Source: an uncultured Gammaproteobacteria bacterium (GTDB lineage: Bacteria > Patescibacteriota > Patescibacteriia > JAHIZJ01). Taken from it: a DNA stretch of 64,000 nt. Below are positions 50,468 through 61,922 of the stretch, in pieces; within the stretch, counting starts at the first letter, position 1; every line of letters starts with the position of its first letter. Below the pieces are notes generated by a model that saw only the letters and a program-made list of their open reading frames with translations, did not search any database and was not told the origin of the DNA. A program made the position numbers and the translations under genes. The stretch is taken from contig CAYJKP010000001.1 of assembly GCA_964371245.1 (NCBI GenBank), forward strand, positions 123,042 through 187,041, given 5' to 3'.

Positions 50468-52555
50468 GTGCCACGCGAGTACACGCTAGAAAAAACACGC
50501 AACATCGGAATCATCGCCCACATCGATGCCGGAAAGACAACGGTCAGCGAGCGAATATTATTTTATACGGGCAAAAAACATAAGATTGGCGAGGTCCACG
50601 AGGGTGAGGCTGAAATGGACTGGATGGAGCAGGAACGAGAGCGGGGTATTACAATCACCGCCGCTGCCACCACCTGTTTCTGGAAGGATCACCAGATCAA
50701 TATTATTGATACGCCGGGACATATCGATTTCACGGTCGAGGTGCAGCGAAGTCTGCGCGTTCTCGACGGCGGGGTGGTGGTTTTTGATGGCGTGGCTGGT
50801 GTCGAGCCGCAGTCCGAGACCGTCTGGCATCAAGCGGAAAAGTTCAACGTTCCCTTGATCGCGTTTGTGAACAAACTGGACCGAACGGGCGCGGATTTTT
50901 ACGCCGACATTGCCTCGATTCATGAACGCTTAACCCCGAACGCCCATCCGTTGCAACTACCGATCGGTTCCGAAGATAAATTCCAGGGTATTATCGACCT
51001 TTTTGCCATGCAAGCCCGGATCTATAAAGACGAGCTGGGAAAAGAATGGGAAGACACAGAGGTGCCGGCGGAATTACTTGATAAAGCTAAGGAATATCGG
51101 GCCAAACTCGTTGAGGCGATCGCCGAACATGACGACGAGCTTTTGCCAAAATTTCTTGACGGTAAGGAAATAGCCGTCGAGGACTTGAAACGTGTCTTGC
51201 GAAAAGCAACCATCGAGAATAAAATCGTCCCGATTTTATGCGGTTCGGCGCTAAAGAACAAAGGCGTCCAGTTTTTGCTCGATGCGGTCAATGATTATCT
51301 GCCGTCGCCACTCGACGTTCCGGCGGTGAAGGGGAGTAATCCGAAGACCAAGGCAGAGGAGGAACGACCGGCTGACGACAACGCGCCGTTCGCGGCGCTG
51401 GCGTTCAAGGTCGCCAGCGACCCATATGTCGGCAAACTCTGTTTCTTTCGTGTGTATTCTGGAAAGATGGGAGCTGGTTCGTATGTTTTGAACACCTCGA
51501 CCGGGGAAAAAGAGCGCATTGGCCGGATTGTTCGAATGCACGCTAACGATCGCGCGGAGGTCTCCGAAGTCTTTGCTGGCGATATTGCGGCCGCCGTCGG
51601 ATTAAAGCGTACCGCTACCGGCCAAACACTCTGCGATCCCGATCATCCAATCGTGCTTGAATCAATCAATTTCCCCGAACCCGTCATTTCTATGGCGATT
51701 GAGCCAAAGACGAAGGCTGATCAAGAAAAGATGGGCTTGGCGTTGGCTCGCTTAGTCGAAGAGGACCCGACCTTCCGAGTGCGGACGGATGATGAAACAA
51801 ATCAAACCATTATCGCCGGTATGGGCGAGCTTCATTTGGAAATCATCGTTGATCGGATGAAACGTGAATTTAATGTTCAAGCAAACACCGGCAGCCCCCA
51901 GGTCGCTTATAAAGAAACCATTCTCGGTCAGGCTGAAGCCGAAGGAAAATATATCAGACAATCAGGTGGACGCGGTCAATATGGCCATTGTTGGTTGCGC
52001 GTCCAGCCGTTGGAGCGAGGCAAAGGGTTTGAATTCGTTGATGAGGTAAAAGGTGGCGTCATTCCAAAAGAATATATCACGCCCATCCAAAAGGGCGTCG
52101 TTGAAGCGCTGGCTAACGGCGTGGTCGCCGGTTACCCGATGGTTGACGTTACGGCGACCGTGTATGACGGCAGCTACCACGAAGTCGATTCGTCTGAGGC
52201 AGCCTTTAAAATTGCCGGTTCGATTGCCGTCCAGGAAGCGTGTCGTCGGGCAAAGCCGATTCTCCTTGAACCGATTGTGAAAGTCGAGGTTATCGTGCCA
52301 GAACAGTTTATGGGCGAGGTGATTGGCGATCTCAATTCAAAGCGCGGACAAATACAGGAAATGCGCGATCGCGGTACCATGAAAATCATCGACGCGAAAG
52401 TACCGCTGGCCGAGATGTTTGGCTATGCCACGCAGCTCCGATCGATGACCCAGGGTCGCGGTACCTATAATATGGAATTTGAAGAGTACGGCCAGGTACC
52501 GCACGCGATTGCCGAGCAATTGCGTGAAGGATATATCGCCAAGAAAAATGAATAA
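50468..52555 (+). CDS. fusA: Elongation factor G
   Basis: [31 protein letters not shown]. Confidence 0.98.
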   Translation: MPREYTLEKTRNIGIIAHIDAGKTTVSERILFYTGKKHKIGEVHEGEAEMDWMEQERERGITITAAATTCFWKDHQINIIDTPGHIDFTVEVQRSLRVLDGGVVVFDGVAGVEPQSETVWHQAEKFNVPLIAFVNKLDRTGADFYADIASIHERLTPNAHPLQLPIGSEDKFQGIIDLFAMQARIYKDELGKEWEDTEVPAELLDKAKEYRAKLVEAIAEHDDELLPKFLDGKEIAVEDLKRVLRKATIENKIVPILCGSALKNKGVQFLLDAVNDYLPSPLDVPAVKGSNPKTKAEEERPADDNAPFAALAFKVASDPYVGKLCFFRVYSGKMGAGSYVLNTSTGEKERIGRIVRMHANDRAEVSEVFAGDIAAAVGLKRTATGQTLCDPDHPIVLESINFPEPVISMAIEPKTKADQEKMGLALARLVEEDPTFRVRTDDETNQTIIAGMGELHLEIIVDRMKREFNVQANTGSPQVAYKETILGQAEAEGKYIRQSGGRGQYGHCWLRVQPLERGKGFEFVDEVKGGVIPKEYITPIQKGVVEALANGVVAGYPMVDVTATVYDGSYHEVDSSEAAFKIAGSIAVQEACRRAKPILLEPIVKVEVIVPEQFMGEVIGDLNSKRGQIQEMRDRGTMKIIDAKVPLAEMFGYATQLRSMTQGRGTYNMEFEEYGQVPHAIAEQLREGYIAKKNE

Positions 52556-52579
52556 GCAGTAATCACATAGGAGGTAACC

Positions 52580-53131
52580 ATGGCCAAACTACGCATTAAG
52601 CCAACCAGCGGTATTGTCATTCTTCTCCTGTTAGCCTTCGGGGGAGGGTATGGAATTTATGCCATGGCGAGCGCGACTGACCAAACGCAATTCGGCCTGC
52701 GGGTGATAAATCGGAATATTTCTGCCAATAAGAACGCCTCGGGCGAAGCAAATACCTATGTGAATTCCCAATATGGCATTGAACTGGCACGGCCGGCCGA
52801 CTGGAACGCGGTTGAAACGACGCCGGTTGGTCTAGCTGAGGCAATGTTGACGGTGACGCTCACGGATCCGCTATCAACGGAGCGAATGATTTTTTCAATT
52901 TTCCAACCGTCCATGAAAGAGACGCTGCGGAATTCACTCAGCATTGAAAGCGAGGGAACGGCCTTGCTCGGTACACTCGCGGCTGATAAATGGGTCGGTG
53001 AAGACCAAAAGGATGGCTCCCCAGTGACTATCATCACCGCCGAATCCAACGGGCGCCTCTATGAGGTTACAAGCTATGCGTCAGAAAGCACGCTTGACAG
53101 TTTTCTGTCAGCGTTTAAGATAGTACAATAG
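52580..53131 (+). CDS. Membrane-anchored PsbP-like hypothetical protein
   Basis: TM, Y.N..YG.....P.DW, ..FLSAFK ending; SD GGAGG. Confidence 0.7.
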   Translation: MAKLRIKPTSGIVILLLLAFGGGYGIYAMASATDQTQFGLRVINRNISANKNASGEANTYVNSQYGIELARPADWNAVETTPVGLAEAMLTVTLTDPLSTERMIFSIFQPSMKETLRNSLSIESEGTALLGTLAADKWVGEDQKDGSPVTIITAESNGRLYEVTSYASESTLDSFLSAFKIVQ

Positions 53132-53307
53132 GTAAAATAAACGTTAAGCAAATATTAGCCAAATAAAAGCGATACGAGAACAGGCGTACGCTAATACTTG
53201 TCAAAAAACAAACGCTTTGCTATAATCAGTTGTGCTAATATATTTTCTAAGAATAATAAGCATTTCGCGGGTATATCAACGCCCGTGACAATTAGAGGAG
53301 TATCATT

Positions 53308-54492
53308 ATGGCAGAAAAATTTGAGCGCACTAAGCCGCACGTCAACGTCGGAACGATTGGACACGTTGATCATGGAAAAACAACGTTAACCGCGGCCATC
53401 CTAAGCGTTATGCGCGCAAAAGGGATGAAAGCTCAAGAAAAATCCGTCGACCAGATCGATAACGCGCCTGAGGAACGGGAACGCGGTATTACGATTGCGA
53501 CGGCGCACGTTGAATATGAATCGGAAAAACGGCACTATGCCCATATCGATTGTCCGGGCCATGCCGACTATATCAAGAACATGATTACCGGCGCCGCCCA
53601 GATGGACGGTGCAATTCTGGTCGTTTCCGCGGCTGACGGCCCGATGCCGCAGACTCGGGAACACATTCTGTTAGCGCGCCAGGTCGGCGTGCCGGCGATT
53701 GTTGTTTTCTTGAACAAGGTTGACCAGGTTGACGATAAAGAGCTGATTGACCTCGTCGAGGTAGAAATTCGCGATCTCTTGAAGAAGTACAAATACCCCG
53801 GAGATAAAATCCCGGTCATCAAGGGCTCAGCCTTGAAAGCGCTCGAAGGCGACGCCGACGCCCAGAAAGCCATTATGGAGTTGATTGAAGCGCTCGACAG
53901 CTATATCCCAGAGCCGGAACGCCCGGTTGACCAGCCCTTCCTGATGCCGATTGAGGATATTTTCTCGATTGAAGGCCGCGGTACGGTTGTGACCGGTCGG
54001 ATCTCCAGCGGCGTAATCAAAGTGAACGAAGACGTGGAAATCGTCGGTATTAAACCGACCCAAAAAACCGTCGTGACCGGCATTGAAATGTTCAACAAAT
54101 CGTTGGACGAAGGCCGGGCTGGCGACAACGCCGGACTCCTCCTGCGTGGTACGAAAAAAGAGGACGTTGAACGCGGGCAAGTCTTGGCCAAGCCGGGCAC
54201 AATCACCCCACACACCGAATTTGAGGCTGAGGTCTATATTCTGACCAAAGAAGAGGGTGGACGCCATACCCCGTTTTTCACCGGCTACAAACCCCAATTC
54301 TATATCCGCACGACCGATGTGACCGGTGATGTTGCCTTGCCGGAAAAAACCGAAATGGTTATGCCCGGCGATACGGTAAATATCACCGTGAAACTCATCG
54401 CCCCGGTGGCGCTTCAGGAAAAGGTGAACTTCGCGATCCGCGAGGGCGGGCACACGGTTGGCGCAGGCGTTGTAACAAAAATCGTTAAATAA
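53308..54492 (+). CDS. tuf: Elongation factor Tu
   Basis: [27 protein letters not shown]. Confidence 0.99.
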   Translation: MAEKFERTKPHVNVGTIGHVDHGKTTLTAAILSVMRAKGMKAQEKSVDQIDNAPEERERGITIATAHVEYESEKRHYAHIDCPGHADYIKNMITGAAQMDGAILVVSAADGPMPQTREHILLARQVGVPAIVVFLNKVDQVDDKELIDLVEVEIRDLLKKYKYPGDKIPVIKGSALKALEGDADAQKAIMELIEALDSYIPEPERPVDQPFLMPIEDIFSIEGRGTVVTGRISSGVIKVNEDVEIVGIKPTQKTVVTGIEMFNKSLDEGRAGDNAGLLLRGTKKEDVERGQVLAKPGTITPHTEFEAEVYILTKEEGGRHTPFFTGYKPQFYIRTTDVTGDVALPEKTEMVMPGDTVNITVKLIAPVALQEKVNFAIREGGHTVGAGVVTKIVK

Positions 54493-54538
54493 GCACGTCA
54501 GAGCGATAACCCGGAACATTAACAAGTTGATCGAAGGT

Positions 54539-54877
54539 ATGCCACAAGAGACGAAGAACGGTGCAGTTGAAGAGAAACAACGGATTCGGATAAAGATCCG
54601 GGCTTATGATCACAAAATTATTGATCAGTCGACCCGGACGATTATTGATACCGCCGAGCGGAGCGGTGCCCAAGTAAACGGCCCGATCCCGCTGCCGACG
54701 GAAAAAAGCAAGTATACCGTTATTCGCTCCCCCTTCGTTCACAAAAACTCCCGCGAGCAGTTTGAGATGCGCGTGCACAAGCGGTTGATCGATATCATCA
54801 ATCCAACCGCGAAAACCGTGGATTCACTGATGAGTCTCAATTTGCCAGCGGGCGTCGACATCGAAATTAAAATGTAA
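54539..54877 (+). CDS. rpsJ: 30S ribosomal protein uS10
   Basis: [27 protein letters not shown]. Confidence 0.97.
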   Translation: MPQETKNGAVEEKQRIRIKIRAYDHKIIDQSTRTIIDTAERSGAQVNGPIPLPTEKSKYTVIRSPFVHKNSREQFEMRVHKRLIDIINPTAKTVDSLMSLNLPAGVDIEIKM

Positions 54878-55061
54878 CTTCGACAAGAGAATACTTATCG
54901 AGCGCAGGCTCGATCGGTAAATAGGTTCTGAGGATGATAATACACGTTCTCGCGCCAACGGGTGTTTGAACAGCCAATCCTCAGATAACGATTTGCCAGC
55001 GTAAAAGACCGGAGCATTCTGGATTTTTCCTGGCGTACCCGGTTTTTTTGTTACCACAACG

Positions 55062-55673
55062 ATGAAATTCATTCTCGGAAAAAAAATAGGCATGTCCCAG
55101 CGGTTTCTGGAAAACGGCAACGTTGTTCCAGTGACCGTGGTTCAGGCTGGCCCGTGTGTCGTCGCGACTGTCCGAACGAAGGACACGGACGGATATCAAG
55201 CGGTCCAGCTCGGTTTGGGTGAAAAAAAGCGGCTCTCCAAACCGCTGAAGGGTAGCCTCAAGGATTTGCCGTTACTGCGCTATCTCCGTGAATTCCGAGT
55301 TGAAGCTGATGCGACCTATAAAAAGGGCGACAAAATCACCGTTGAGACGTTTGCGGTCGGCGATACGATAAAAGTCACCGGTACGGCCAAAGGAAAGGGA
55401 TTTCAGGGCGTGGTCAAGCGGCATCATTTCGGCGGCGGTCCAGCGTCCCATGGCCATAAGGATAATCTTCGCGCCCCTGGCTCGATCGGAGCAACCAATG
55501 CCGGCCACGTGTTTAAAGGCACACGGATGGCCGGGCGGATGGGCGGACAAACGACGACCCTGCGCAATTTGACAGTTGTTGAAGTGGATGCGGCCAAAAA
55601 CCTTTTGTTTATTAAAGGCGCGGTACCGGGCGCACGTCACGCGCTTTTGAAAATTCAGACTATTGAGAAATAG
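55062..55673 (+). CDS. rplC: 50S ribosomal protein uL3
   Basis: GKKIGMS, KGKGFQG, RAPGSIG. Confidence 0.97.
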   Translation: MKFILGKKIGMSQRFLENGNVVPVTVVQAGPCVVATVRTKDTDGYQAVQLGLGEKKRLSKPLKGSLKDLPLLRYLREFRVEADATYKKGDKITVETFAVGDTIKVTGTAKGKGFQGVVKRHHFGGGPASHGHKDNLRAPGSIGATNAGHVFKGTRMAGRMGGQTTTLRNLTVVEVDAAKNLLFIKGAVPGARHALLKIQTIEK

Positions 55674-55675
55674 CC

Positions 55676-56308
55676 ATGCTGGAAATCGAGATAAAAGATC
55701 ACGCCGGGAAGAAGGTTGGTCAGACAAAACTGGATCCGAAAATTTTTGATGTTCCGGCGAACCCCGAAGTGATCTACCAAGTAACGGTAGCCTATCAAGC
55801 GAACAGCCGTCACCCGATTGCCCATACAAAAGATCGTTCCGAGGTACGCGGCGGCGGACGCAAGCCCTGGAAGCAAAAGGGAACCGGCCGTGCCCGGCAA
55901 GGTTCGATCCGATCACCGCAGTGGCGTGGTGGCGGTGTAATCTTTGGTCCGCGCAATACCCGGAACTTTTCAAAGCTGGTAAACAAGAAGGTCAAACGCT
56001 TGGCGTTGTTCATGTCATTGAGCGAACGGTTGCGCCATAAAAAAATGACCGTCCTGCAAACCGTAGAGATGGCCAAACCAAAAACAAAAACGATCGCCAC
56101 AATTTTGAAAAACCTGAAAATTACCGGCGCACTCTTCGTAATTCCAAAGAATGATACCGCCATCCAGCATTCGATCAGAAACCTGCCAAAATGCAGCGTC
56201 TTGCCGGCAAACAGCCTGAATGCCTATGAAGTCTTGAAATATCGACAGCTGATTATTCTTGAACCGGCCTTGCCCGTGATATCGAAACACTTTCTTCACA
56301 CAGACTAA
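55676..56308 (+). CDS. rplD: 50S ribosomal protein uL4
   Basis: KPWKQKGTGRARQGS.RSPQWRGGG. Confidence 0.97.
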   Translation: MLEIEIKDHAGKKVGQTKLDPKIFDVPANPEVIYQVTVAYQANSRHPIAHTKDRSEVRGGGRKPWKQKGTGRARQGSIRSPQWRGGGVIFGPRNTRNFSKLVNKKVKRLALFMSLSERLRHKKMTVLQTVEMAKPKTKTIATILKNLKITGALFVIPKNDTAIQHSIRNLPKCSVLPANSLNAYEVLKYRQLIILEPALPVISKHFLHTD

Positions 56309-56311
56309 TTT

Positions 56312-56788
56312 ATGGGAATATTAGATCGATTTAAAAAGAAACCCGCTACTCAGCCAGTGCCGCACCAACCGGAGCGGAAGATTGAAGCTGTTCAGAAAAA
56401 GACTACTGAGGTTAAAAAGGCGGAACCGAAGAAAGTGGAACCGAAGAAAGCAGAAGCGAAAAAAACGCCCGTTCGTCCAACGCACGCGGCCAAGAAGAAA
56501 TATCCTGAATCGGAGCGATCGATCATAAAACCGATCATTACCGAAAAAGCGACGAATCTGAGTGCTGACCGAAAATATATATTTGAAGTAGCGACCGGCG
56601 CGAATCGGATTGAAATTGCCAAGGCTGTTCAAAGCCTCTACGGTGTCCAGCCGGTGAAGGTGAATATTATCAGACAAGGTGGCAAGCAGATACGCTATGG
56701 GCGTGCCGAAGGACGGACCAAGGACAGAAAAAAGGCAATCGTGACGTTACGGGAAGGGGAGAGCATTAAAATCCAGGACGGAGTCTAA
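56312..56788 (+). CDS. rplW: 50S ribosomal protein uL23 with N-terminal extension
   Basis: [16 protein letters not shown] core; ~65-aa extra N-terminus. Confidence 0.95.
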   Translation: MGILDRFKKKPATQPVPHQPERKIEAVQKKTTEVKKAEPKKVEPKKAEAKKTPVRPTHAAKKKYPESERSIIKPIITEKATNLSADRKYIFEVATGANRIEIAKAVQSLYGVQPVKVNIIRQGGKQIRYGRAEGRTKDRKKAIVTLREGESIKIQDGV

Positions 56789-56790
56789 TC

Positions 56791-57618
56791 ATGGCTATAA
56801 AACGCTACAAACCCCATACCCCGGGACGCCGCCACGCCAGCGTCATTCACGAACCTGGGATGCATCGCCAGCGTCCAACGCGAAGCTTGCTTGAAGTATT
56901 GAAGAAACATAGCGGTCGGAATCAACAAGGCATTATCACCGTGCGCCACCGCGGCGGCGGTCATAAGCGTTTCTATCGAGTGGTCGATTTTCGGCGGCAG
57001 CGATTTGATACGCCCGCCACGGTCCGTTCCATCGAATATGATCCAAATCGCACGGCGCACATCGCCTTGATTGAATATCCTGATAAAACGAAAAGCTATA
57101 TCATTGCCCCGCACGGCTTGAAAACGAATGACCAGGTAGTCTCGTCAAAACAGAAGGTGGAAATTCAGGTAGGTAATCGCATGCCACTCGAGCACATTCC
57201 CGTCGGCTTGATGGTTCACGATATCGAATTGATACCCGGCAGCGGCTCGACCGTTGTTCGTTCGGCCGGCTCCGGCGCGAATTTGATGAATCTGGAAGGT
57301 AATTTCGCCCAGCTGAAACTCCCTTCGGGCGAACTGCGGCTTTTTCCGAAAACCTGCCTTGCGACGATTGGCATGGTCAGCAACGCTGATCTGAAAAATA
57401 TTCGGCTCGGGAAAGCCGGACGCATGCGCTGGCTCGGTATTCGGCCGACGGTTCGCGGCAAAGTCATGAATCCGGTCGACCATCCGCATGGTGGCGGCGA
57501 GGGGAAATCACCGATTGGCTTGAAACATCCGAAAACTCCGTGGGGTAAACCAGCCTTAGGCGTGAAAACGAGACGCCATAAACCCTCGGATCGGCTTATT
57601 CTTAAACGAAGGCGCTAA
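56791..57618 (+). CDS. rplB: 50S ribosomal protein uL2
   Basis: [19 protein letters not shown]. Confidence 0.98.
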   Translation: MAIKRYKPHTPGRRHASVIHEPGMHRQRPTRSLLEVLKKHSGRNQQGIITVRHRGGGHKRFYRVVDFRRQRFDTPATVRSIEYDPNRTAHIALIEYPDKTKSYIIAPHGLKTNDQVVSSKQKVEIQVGNRMPLEHIPVGLMVHDIELIPGSGSTVVRSAGSGANLMNLEGNFAQLKLPSGELRLFPKTCLATIGMVSNADLKNIRLGKAGRMRWLGIRPTVRGKVMNPVDHPHGGGEGKSPIGLKHPKTPWGKPALGVKTRRHKPSDRLILKRRR

Positions 57619-57621
57619 GCT

Positions 57622-57963
57622 ATGTCACGAAGTCTAAAAAAGGGACCATATACCGACCCGAAACTGCTCAAGAAAATGTCGAAAGTACGCGCGGGCGACA
57701 AAACGATTATAAAAACCTGGTCGCGCGATTCAGTGATTACCCCGGAAATGGTGGGATTCACGTTCGGCGTGCACAACGGTCGCGAGCATCTGCCGGTTTT
57801 CGTTGTTGAAAATATGGTCGGTCACCGACTCGGCGAATTCTCGCCGACGCGCAAGTTTGTTCGACACGGCGGACGGATGCAACGGGAACAAGAGACAGCC
57901 GCCGCTGAAGCCGAACGCCAGCAGGTTAATGCGCCCCCGCCAGCTGAAAAACCAACCAAGTAA
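57622..57963 (+). CDS. rpsS: 30S ribosomal protein uS19
   Basis: [20 protein letters not shown]. Confidence 0.97.
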   Translation: MSRSLKKGPYTDPKLLKKMSKVRAGDKTIIKTWSRDSVITPEMVGFTFGVHNGREHLPVFVVENMVGHRLGEFSPTRKFVRHGGRMQREQETAAAEAERQQVNAPPPAEKPTK

Positions 57964-57968
57964 CACGT

Positions 57969-58511
57969 ATGGAAGTAACCGCACAACTTAAACATCTTCA
58001 AACCTCAGCCAGAAAGGTCCGGCTGGCCACCCAATTTATAAAGGGGCTTGATGTTTCAGTGGCTCGCCAGCAGCTGATGTTTTCACCGCGAGCGAGCGCG
58101 CGGCCGGTGCTGAAGCTCTTAAATTCAGCGATCGCGAACGCTGAAAAAAATTTCGAACTGGATAAAGAAAATTTGTATATAAAAAGCGTTTTAATTAACG
58201 AAGGCACCACGCTGAAACGGTATATGTCGCGCGCGTTTGGCCGAGCCGCCGTGATCCGGAAGCGGGCCAGCCACATAATTTTAGTACTTGCGGAGAAGAA
58301 ACCATCCCCGGCCAAGAAGAAATCGACCAAGCCGGCCGCCGAAAAAAAACCGGCAGCCGAACCGGTGATAAGCTACAAAGATCTGGCTCGAACGCAAACC
58401 GATCGAAAGGACAATAAGCCGAAATTTGAGGAAATTAAGAAGGAACGGAAACCCTTTATCAATATCAAAGAAATAAAAGATAAATTTATCCGTCGCAGCG
58501 GCGAAGGTTAA
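57969..58511 (+). CDS. rplV: 50S ribosomal protein uL22 with C-terminal extension
   Basis: SARKVRL, SAIANA, RAFGRA..SHI; ~70-aa tail. Confidence 0.95.
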   Translation: MEVTAQLKHLQTSARKVRLATQFIKGLDVSVARQQLMFSPRASARPVLKLLNSAIANAEKNFELDKENLYIKSVLINEGTTLKRYMSRAFGRAAVIRKRASHIILVLAEKKPSPAKKKSTKPAAEKKPAAEPVISYKDLARTQTDRKDNKPKFEEIKKERKPFINIKEIKDKFIRRSGEG

Positions 58512-58521
58512 ACAATATTTT

Positions 58522-59193
58522 ATGGGACAAAAGGTAGATCCACGCAGTTTTAGACTCAAACAATCGCAGACCTGGCGGTCAAAATGGTTTGCCCGGAAGG
58601 GTTTTGGCGATTATCTGGCGCATGATTATGCGATCCGCTCATTTTTGACAAAGAAAATGAAGGAAGCCGGTCTTTCGCGGGTTGAAATTGAACGTTCGGC
58701 GAATGCGATTACCGTCACCATCTTTACCTCGCGGCCAGGTGTTGTCATCGGTCGTGGCGGCGCCGGTGTTGAGGAGCTAAAAAAGACATTGAAGCAGAAA
58801 TACCTCCAGCCGCGGCAGGAGCTTCGCTTGAATATCCAGGAAGTTGCCAAACCGTATTTGGATGCTGAAATAGTTGTCCGGATGATGGCGGAGCAAATCG
58901 AAAAACGGATGCCTTTCCGGCGCGTTCTGAAACAAATGGTGATGCAGATTGAACGGGCTGGGGCCATAGGCGTCAAGCTCATCGTGGCCGGACGCTTGAA
59001 TGGCGCTGAAATCGCCCGGACTGAAAAACAGAGTTCCGGCAAAGTGCCCCTCCATACTATCCGGGCGGATATAGACTATGCACAGGGCGTAGCCATGACG
59101 GCCTACGGCACGATTGGCATCAAGGCCTGGATTTATAAAGGCGAGGTCTTTCAAACGAAAAAGGGACCGGTACCTGAAACAACAAACGCATGA
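58522..59193 (+). CDS. rpsC: 30S ribosomal protein uS3
   Basis: MGQKVDP, GRLNGAEIAR. Confidence 0.97.
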   Translation: MGQKVDPRSFRLKQSQTWRSKWFARKGFGDYLAHDYAIRSFLTKKMKEAGLSRVEIERSANAITVTIFTSRPGVVIGRGGAGVEELKKTLKQKYLQPRQELRLNIQEVAKPYLDAEIVVRMMAEQIEKRMPFRRVLKQMVMQIERAGAIGVKLIVAGRLNGAEIARTEKQSSGKVPLHTIRADIDYAQGVAMTAYGTIGIKAWIYKGEVFQTKKGPVPETTNA

Positions 59194-59600
59194 CATTACT
59201 CAATCCTCGAAAAGTTAAACATCGGAAATGGCAGCGCGGCCGGCAGCGCGGTATAGCGGTGCGAAAAACCCGGGTCGCCTTCGGGAGCTATGGCTTAAAA
59301 GCGCTCACCGGCAGCCTCGTAACCGCACGACAGCTGGAAGCAGCGCGGCGCGCGATTATTCGCTTTGTCCAGCGCGGCGGAAAGACTTGGATTCGGATTT
59401 TCCCTGATAAACCGATGACGCTGAAGGGATCCGAAGTCCGGATGGGTGGCGGGAAGGGCGCAGTCGATCACTACGTGGCTGTCGTCAAACCCGGGACAGT
59501 CATGATTGAGATCGATGGCGTAACTGAAGCGGTGGCGCGGGAAGCGTTCCGTTTGGCCGGCCATAAGCTGCCGGTTCGGACATCCTTTATCGAAAAATAA
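59190..59600 (+). CDS. rplP: 50S ribosomal protein uL16
   Basis: WIRIFPDKP..RMGGGKG. Confidence 0.97.
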   Translation: MTLLNPRKVKHRKWQRGRQRGIAVRKTRVAFGSYGLKALTGSLVTARQLEAARRAIIRFVQRGGKTWIRIFPDKPMTLKGSEVRMGGGKGAVDHYVAVVKPGTVMIEIDGVTEAVAREAFRLAGHKLPVRTSFIEK

Positions 59601-59601
59601 T

Positions 59602-59814
59602 ATGAAAATAACTGAACTAAAAACCAAGTCAACCGCCGAGCTTCACAGTTTTTTACGTGAGTGCCGAGCGAAGGAGCGCGATCTCCACTTCAAAATTGCG
59701 GTGAAGCAGGCCAAGAACGTGCGTGAAATCCGCGATTTGAAAAAAACCATTGCGAAAATAATGACCCTATTGAATACGCTTGAACATAAGCAGACTCACT
59801 CAACCAAGACGTAA
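59602..59814 (+). CDS. rpmC: 50S ribosomal protein uL29
   Basis: ELK.KS..EL, IR.LKK.IA.I.T; position. Confidence 0.92.
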   Translation: MKITELKTKSTAELHSFLRECRAKERDLHFKIAVKQAKNVREIRDLKKTIAKIMTLLNTLEHKQTHSTKT

Positions 59815-59815
59815 T

Positions 59816-60061
59816 ATGGACAAGATGAAGGCAAAAAAACGAATCCTCTCCGGTACCGTCGTCCGTGACAAGATGGACAAAACGATTGTCGTTCGGGTTG
59901 ATCGAACTAAGGTGCATCCGCTCTATCACCGTCGCTATCACGTGAGCAAAACCTATCACGTCCACGATCCGGAAAAGTCGTTTCACGTTGGCGATCGCGT
60001 TGAGATTCAAGAAACACGGCCATTATCACGCACCATCCGCTGGCAGGTAATCAAAAAATAA
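59816..60061 (+). CDS. rpsQ: 30S ribosomal protein uS17
   Basis: DKMDKTIVV, HPLY, ETRPLS. Confidence 0.95.
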   Translation: MDKMKAKKRILSGTVVRDKMDKTIVVRVDRTKVHPLYHRRYHVSKTYHVHDPEKSFHVGDRVEIQETRPLSRTIRWQVIKK

Positions 60062-60070
60062 ACAACCACC

Positions 60071-60442
60071 ATGATTCAAGTTGGCACATATCTAATAGTT
60101 GCAGACAACACCGGAGCCAAGCGTCTCAAGTGTATTCGGGTATTGGGTGGTAATCGGAAACGCTATGCGCGCGTCGGCGAGATTATTACTGCAGTTATTA
60201 AAGAGGCGATGCCGCACACACAGGTAAAGAAAAGCGAAATTGTCCACGTGGTGATCGTTCGGCAACGCAAAGAACTGCGCCGCCCAGACGGCAGCTACAT
60301 CAGATTTGACGATAACGCCGGCGTTATTGTTGATAAAAATTCGAAAGAACCAAAAGGTTCGCGCATCTTTGGTCCGGTGGCTCGGGAGTTGCGGGCGAAA
60401 GGTTTTATGAAAATTATTTCACTTGCCCCGGAGGTACTCTAA
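60071..60442 (+). CDS. rplN: 50S ribosomal protein uL14
   Basis: [17 protein letters not shown]. Confidence 0.98.
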   Translation: MIQVGTYLIVADNTGAKRLKCIRVLGGNRKRYARVGEIITAVIKEAMPHTQVKKSEIVHVVIVRQRKELRRPDGSYIRFDDNAGVIVDKNSKEPKGSRIFGPVARELRAKGFMKIISLAPEVL

Positions 60443-60450
60443 TGGGAATA

Positions 60451-60762
60451 ATGAAGATTAAAAAAAACGATATTGTCCTGATCCTGCAAGGGAAGGATCG
60501 CGGCAAAAAAGGCAAGGTGCTGCAAACCCTTCCGGAGGATAGAAAAGTGGTGGTTGAAAACAGCAATGTCATGGTGCGCCATCTCCGACCTCGGAAAATG
60601 CGCGAGAAAGGGCAGAAGATTCATTTCAACGCCCCGCTTGATATCTCAAGCGTGAGTCTGATCTGCCCGAAGTGCAGCAAGCAGACCCGCGTGGGCTATA
60701 AAATACTGGAGAATAAAAAGAAAGTTCGCCTTTGCCGAAAGTGTAAAGAAGTTATTGATTAA
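60451..60762 (+). CDS. rplX: 50S ribosomal protein uL24
   Basis: KOW GKDRGKKGKV; CxxC pairs. Confidence 0.95.
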   Translation: MKIKKNDIVLILQGKDRGKKGKVLQTLPEDRKVVVENSNVMVRHLRPRKMREKGQKIHFNAPLDISSVSLICPKCSKQTRVGYKILENKKKVRLCRKCKEVID

Positions 60763-60767
60763 AAAAC

Positions 60768-61310
60768 ATGAATCGACTTGAGAAAAAATATCGGAAAGAA
60801 ATAGTGCCAGAGATGAAGAAAGCCCTTAGCCTCTCCAATGATTTAGAGGTGCCGAGAATTTTAAAGGTGGTCGTCAACGTCGGTATCGGCAAACTGGCGC
60901 GCGAGGAAAAGAACCAGGAGAGCGTCAAAACCACCCTTCGTCGGATCACCGGCCAAGAACCGCTTCTCACCAAGGCGAAGAAATCCATTTCCAACTTCAA
61001 GGTCCGACGCGGCATGGTTGTTGGCGCCTGCATAACGCTGCGTCGCACGCGGATGTATGATTTTATCGACAAGCTTATCCACGCGACCTTGCCTCGGGTC
61101 CGCGATTTTCGCGGGCTGGATACGACGAATCTTGATGGTCATGGGAATTTAAATATCGGTTTTAAAGAACACACGGTCTTTCCGGAAGTGAAGTCGGATG
61201 AAATAGAAACAATCCATGGTCTCGAAGTCGCCATCGTCACGAACGCAAAAACGAACGAGGTGGCGCAAGTATTATTTGAACGACTCGGTTTTCCCTTTAA
61301 AAAAACATAA
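60768..61310 (+). CDS. rplE: 50S ribosomal protein uL5
   Basis: [18 protein letters not shown]. Confidence 0.97.
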   Translation: MNRLEKKYRKEIVPEMKKALSLSNDLEVPRILKVVVNVGIGKLAREEKNQESVKTTLRRITGQEPLLTKAKKSISNFKVRRGMVVGACITLRRTRMYDFIDKLIHATLPRVRDFRGLDTTNLDGHGNLNIGFKEHTVFPEVKSDEIETIHGLEVAIVTNAKTNEVAQVLFERLGFPFKKT

Positions 61311-61312
61311 CT

Positions 61313-61498
61313 ATGGCAACAGCCGCATGGAAAGCAAAAGCAAATAGGAAACAAAAATATTCGACTCGGGTGATCCGTCGATGCTGGCGCTGTGGCCGAG
61401 TTCATGGCTACATGCGGAAGTTTCGTCTTTGCCGGATTTGTTTCCGGGAAATGGCGAACAAAGGGGAAATCCCCGGAATAACAAAATCAAGCTGGTAA
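61313..61498 (+). CDS. rpsN: 30S ribosomal protein uS14 (short zinc-binding type)
   Basis: [15 protein letters not shown], 61 aa. Confidence 0.96.
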   Translation: MATAAWKAKANRKQKYSTRVIRRCWRCGRVHGYMRKFRLCRICFREMANKGEIPGITKSSW

Positions 61499-61527
61499 GA
61501 TAACTACTTAAACGGTACACGATTGTT

Positions 61528-61917
61528 ATGACTCATGATCCCATCGCAGACATGCTCACGCAGATTCGCAACGCTTCGAAGGTGACGAAAGCGGAGGTTT
61601 TGATTCCTTTTTCCAAAGTGAAAGAGGCGATTGCGGGCATTCTTGTTCAAGAGGGATATGTCGAACGGGCTGAAAGAGTCGATGGTCCGCCGGCCAAGCT
61701 TCGTTTGGCGCTGAAATACTCCGGCCGGAAACCGGTGATAACCAACCTGAAGCGGATTAGCAAGCCAGGACGTCGCATCTATGTCTCGAAAGATCGTCTT
61801 CCGTGGGTTTTGAACAATTATGGCATTGCCATCATCTCGACGTCCTATGGTATCATGTCGAATCGCCAAGCTCGCAAAAAGCGAATCGGCGGAGAAATTA
61901 TTTGTGAGGTATATTAA
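61528..61917 (+). CDS. rpsH: 30S ribosomal protein uS8
   Basis: DPIADMLT.IRNA, SKPGRRIY. Confidence 0.97.
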   Translation: MTHDPIADMLTQIRNASKVTKAEVLIPFSKVKEAIAGILVQEGYVERAERVDGPPAKLRLALKYSGRKPVITNLKRISKPGRRIYVSKDRLPWVLNNYGIAIISTSYGIMSNRQARKKRIGGEIICEVY

Positions 61918-61922
61918 GACAT

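Noticed and set aside
53827-55973. Long antisense ORFs of 232 and 233 aa (also 32642-33286 and 21532-22086)
   Set aside because: Shadows of conserved sense genes with no recognisable motifs.
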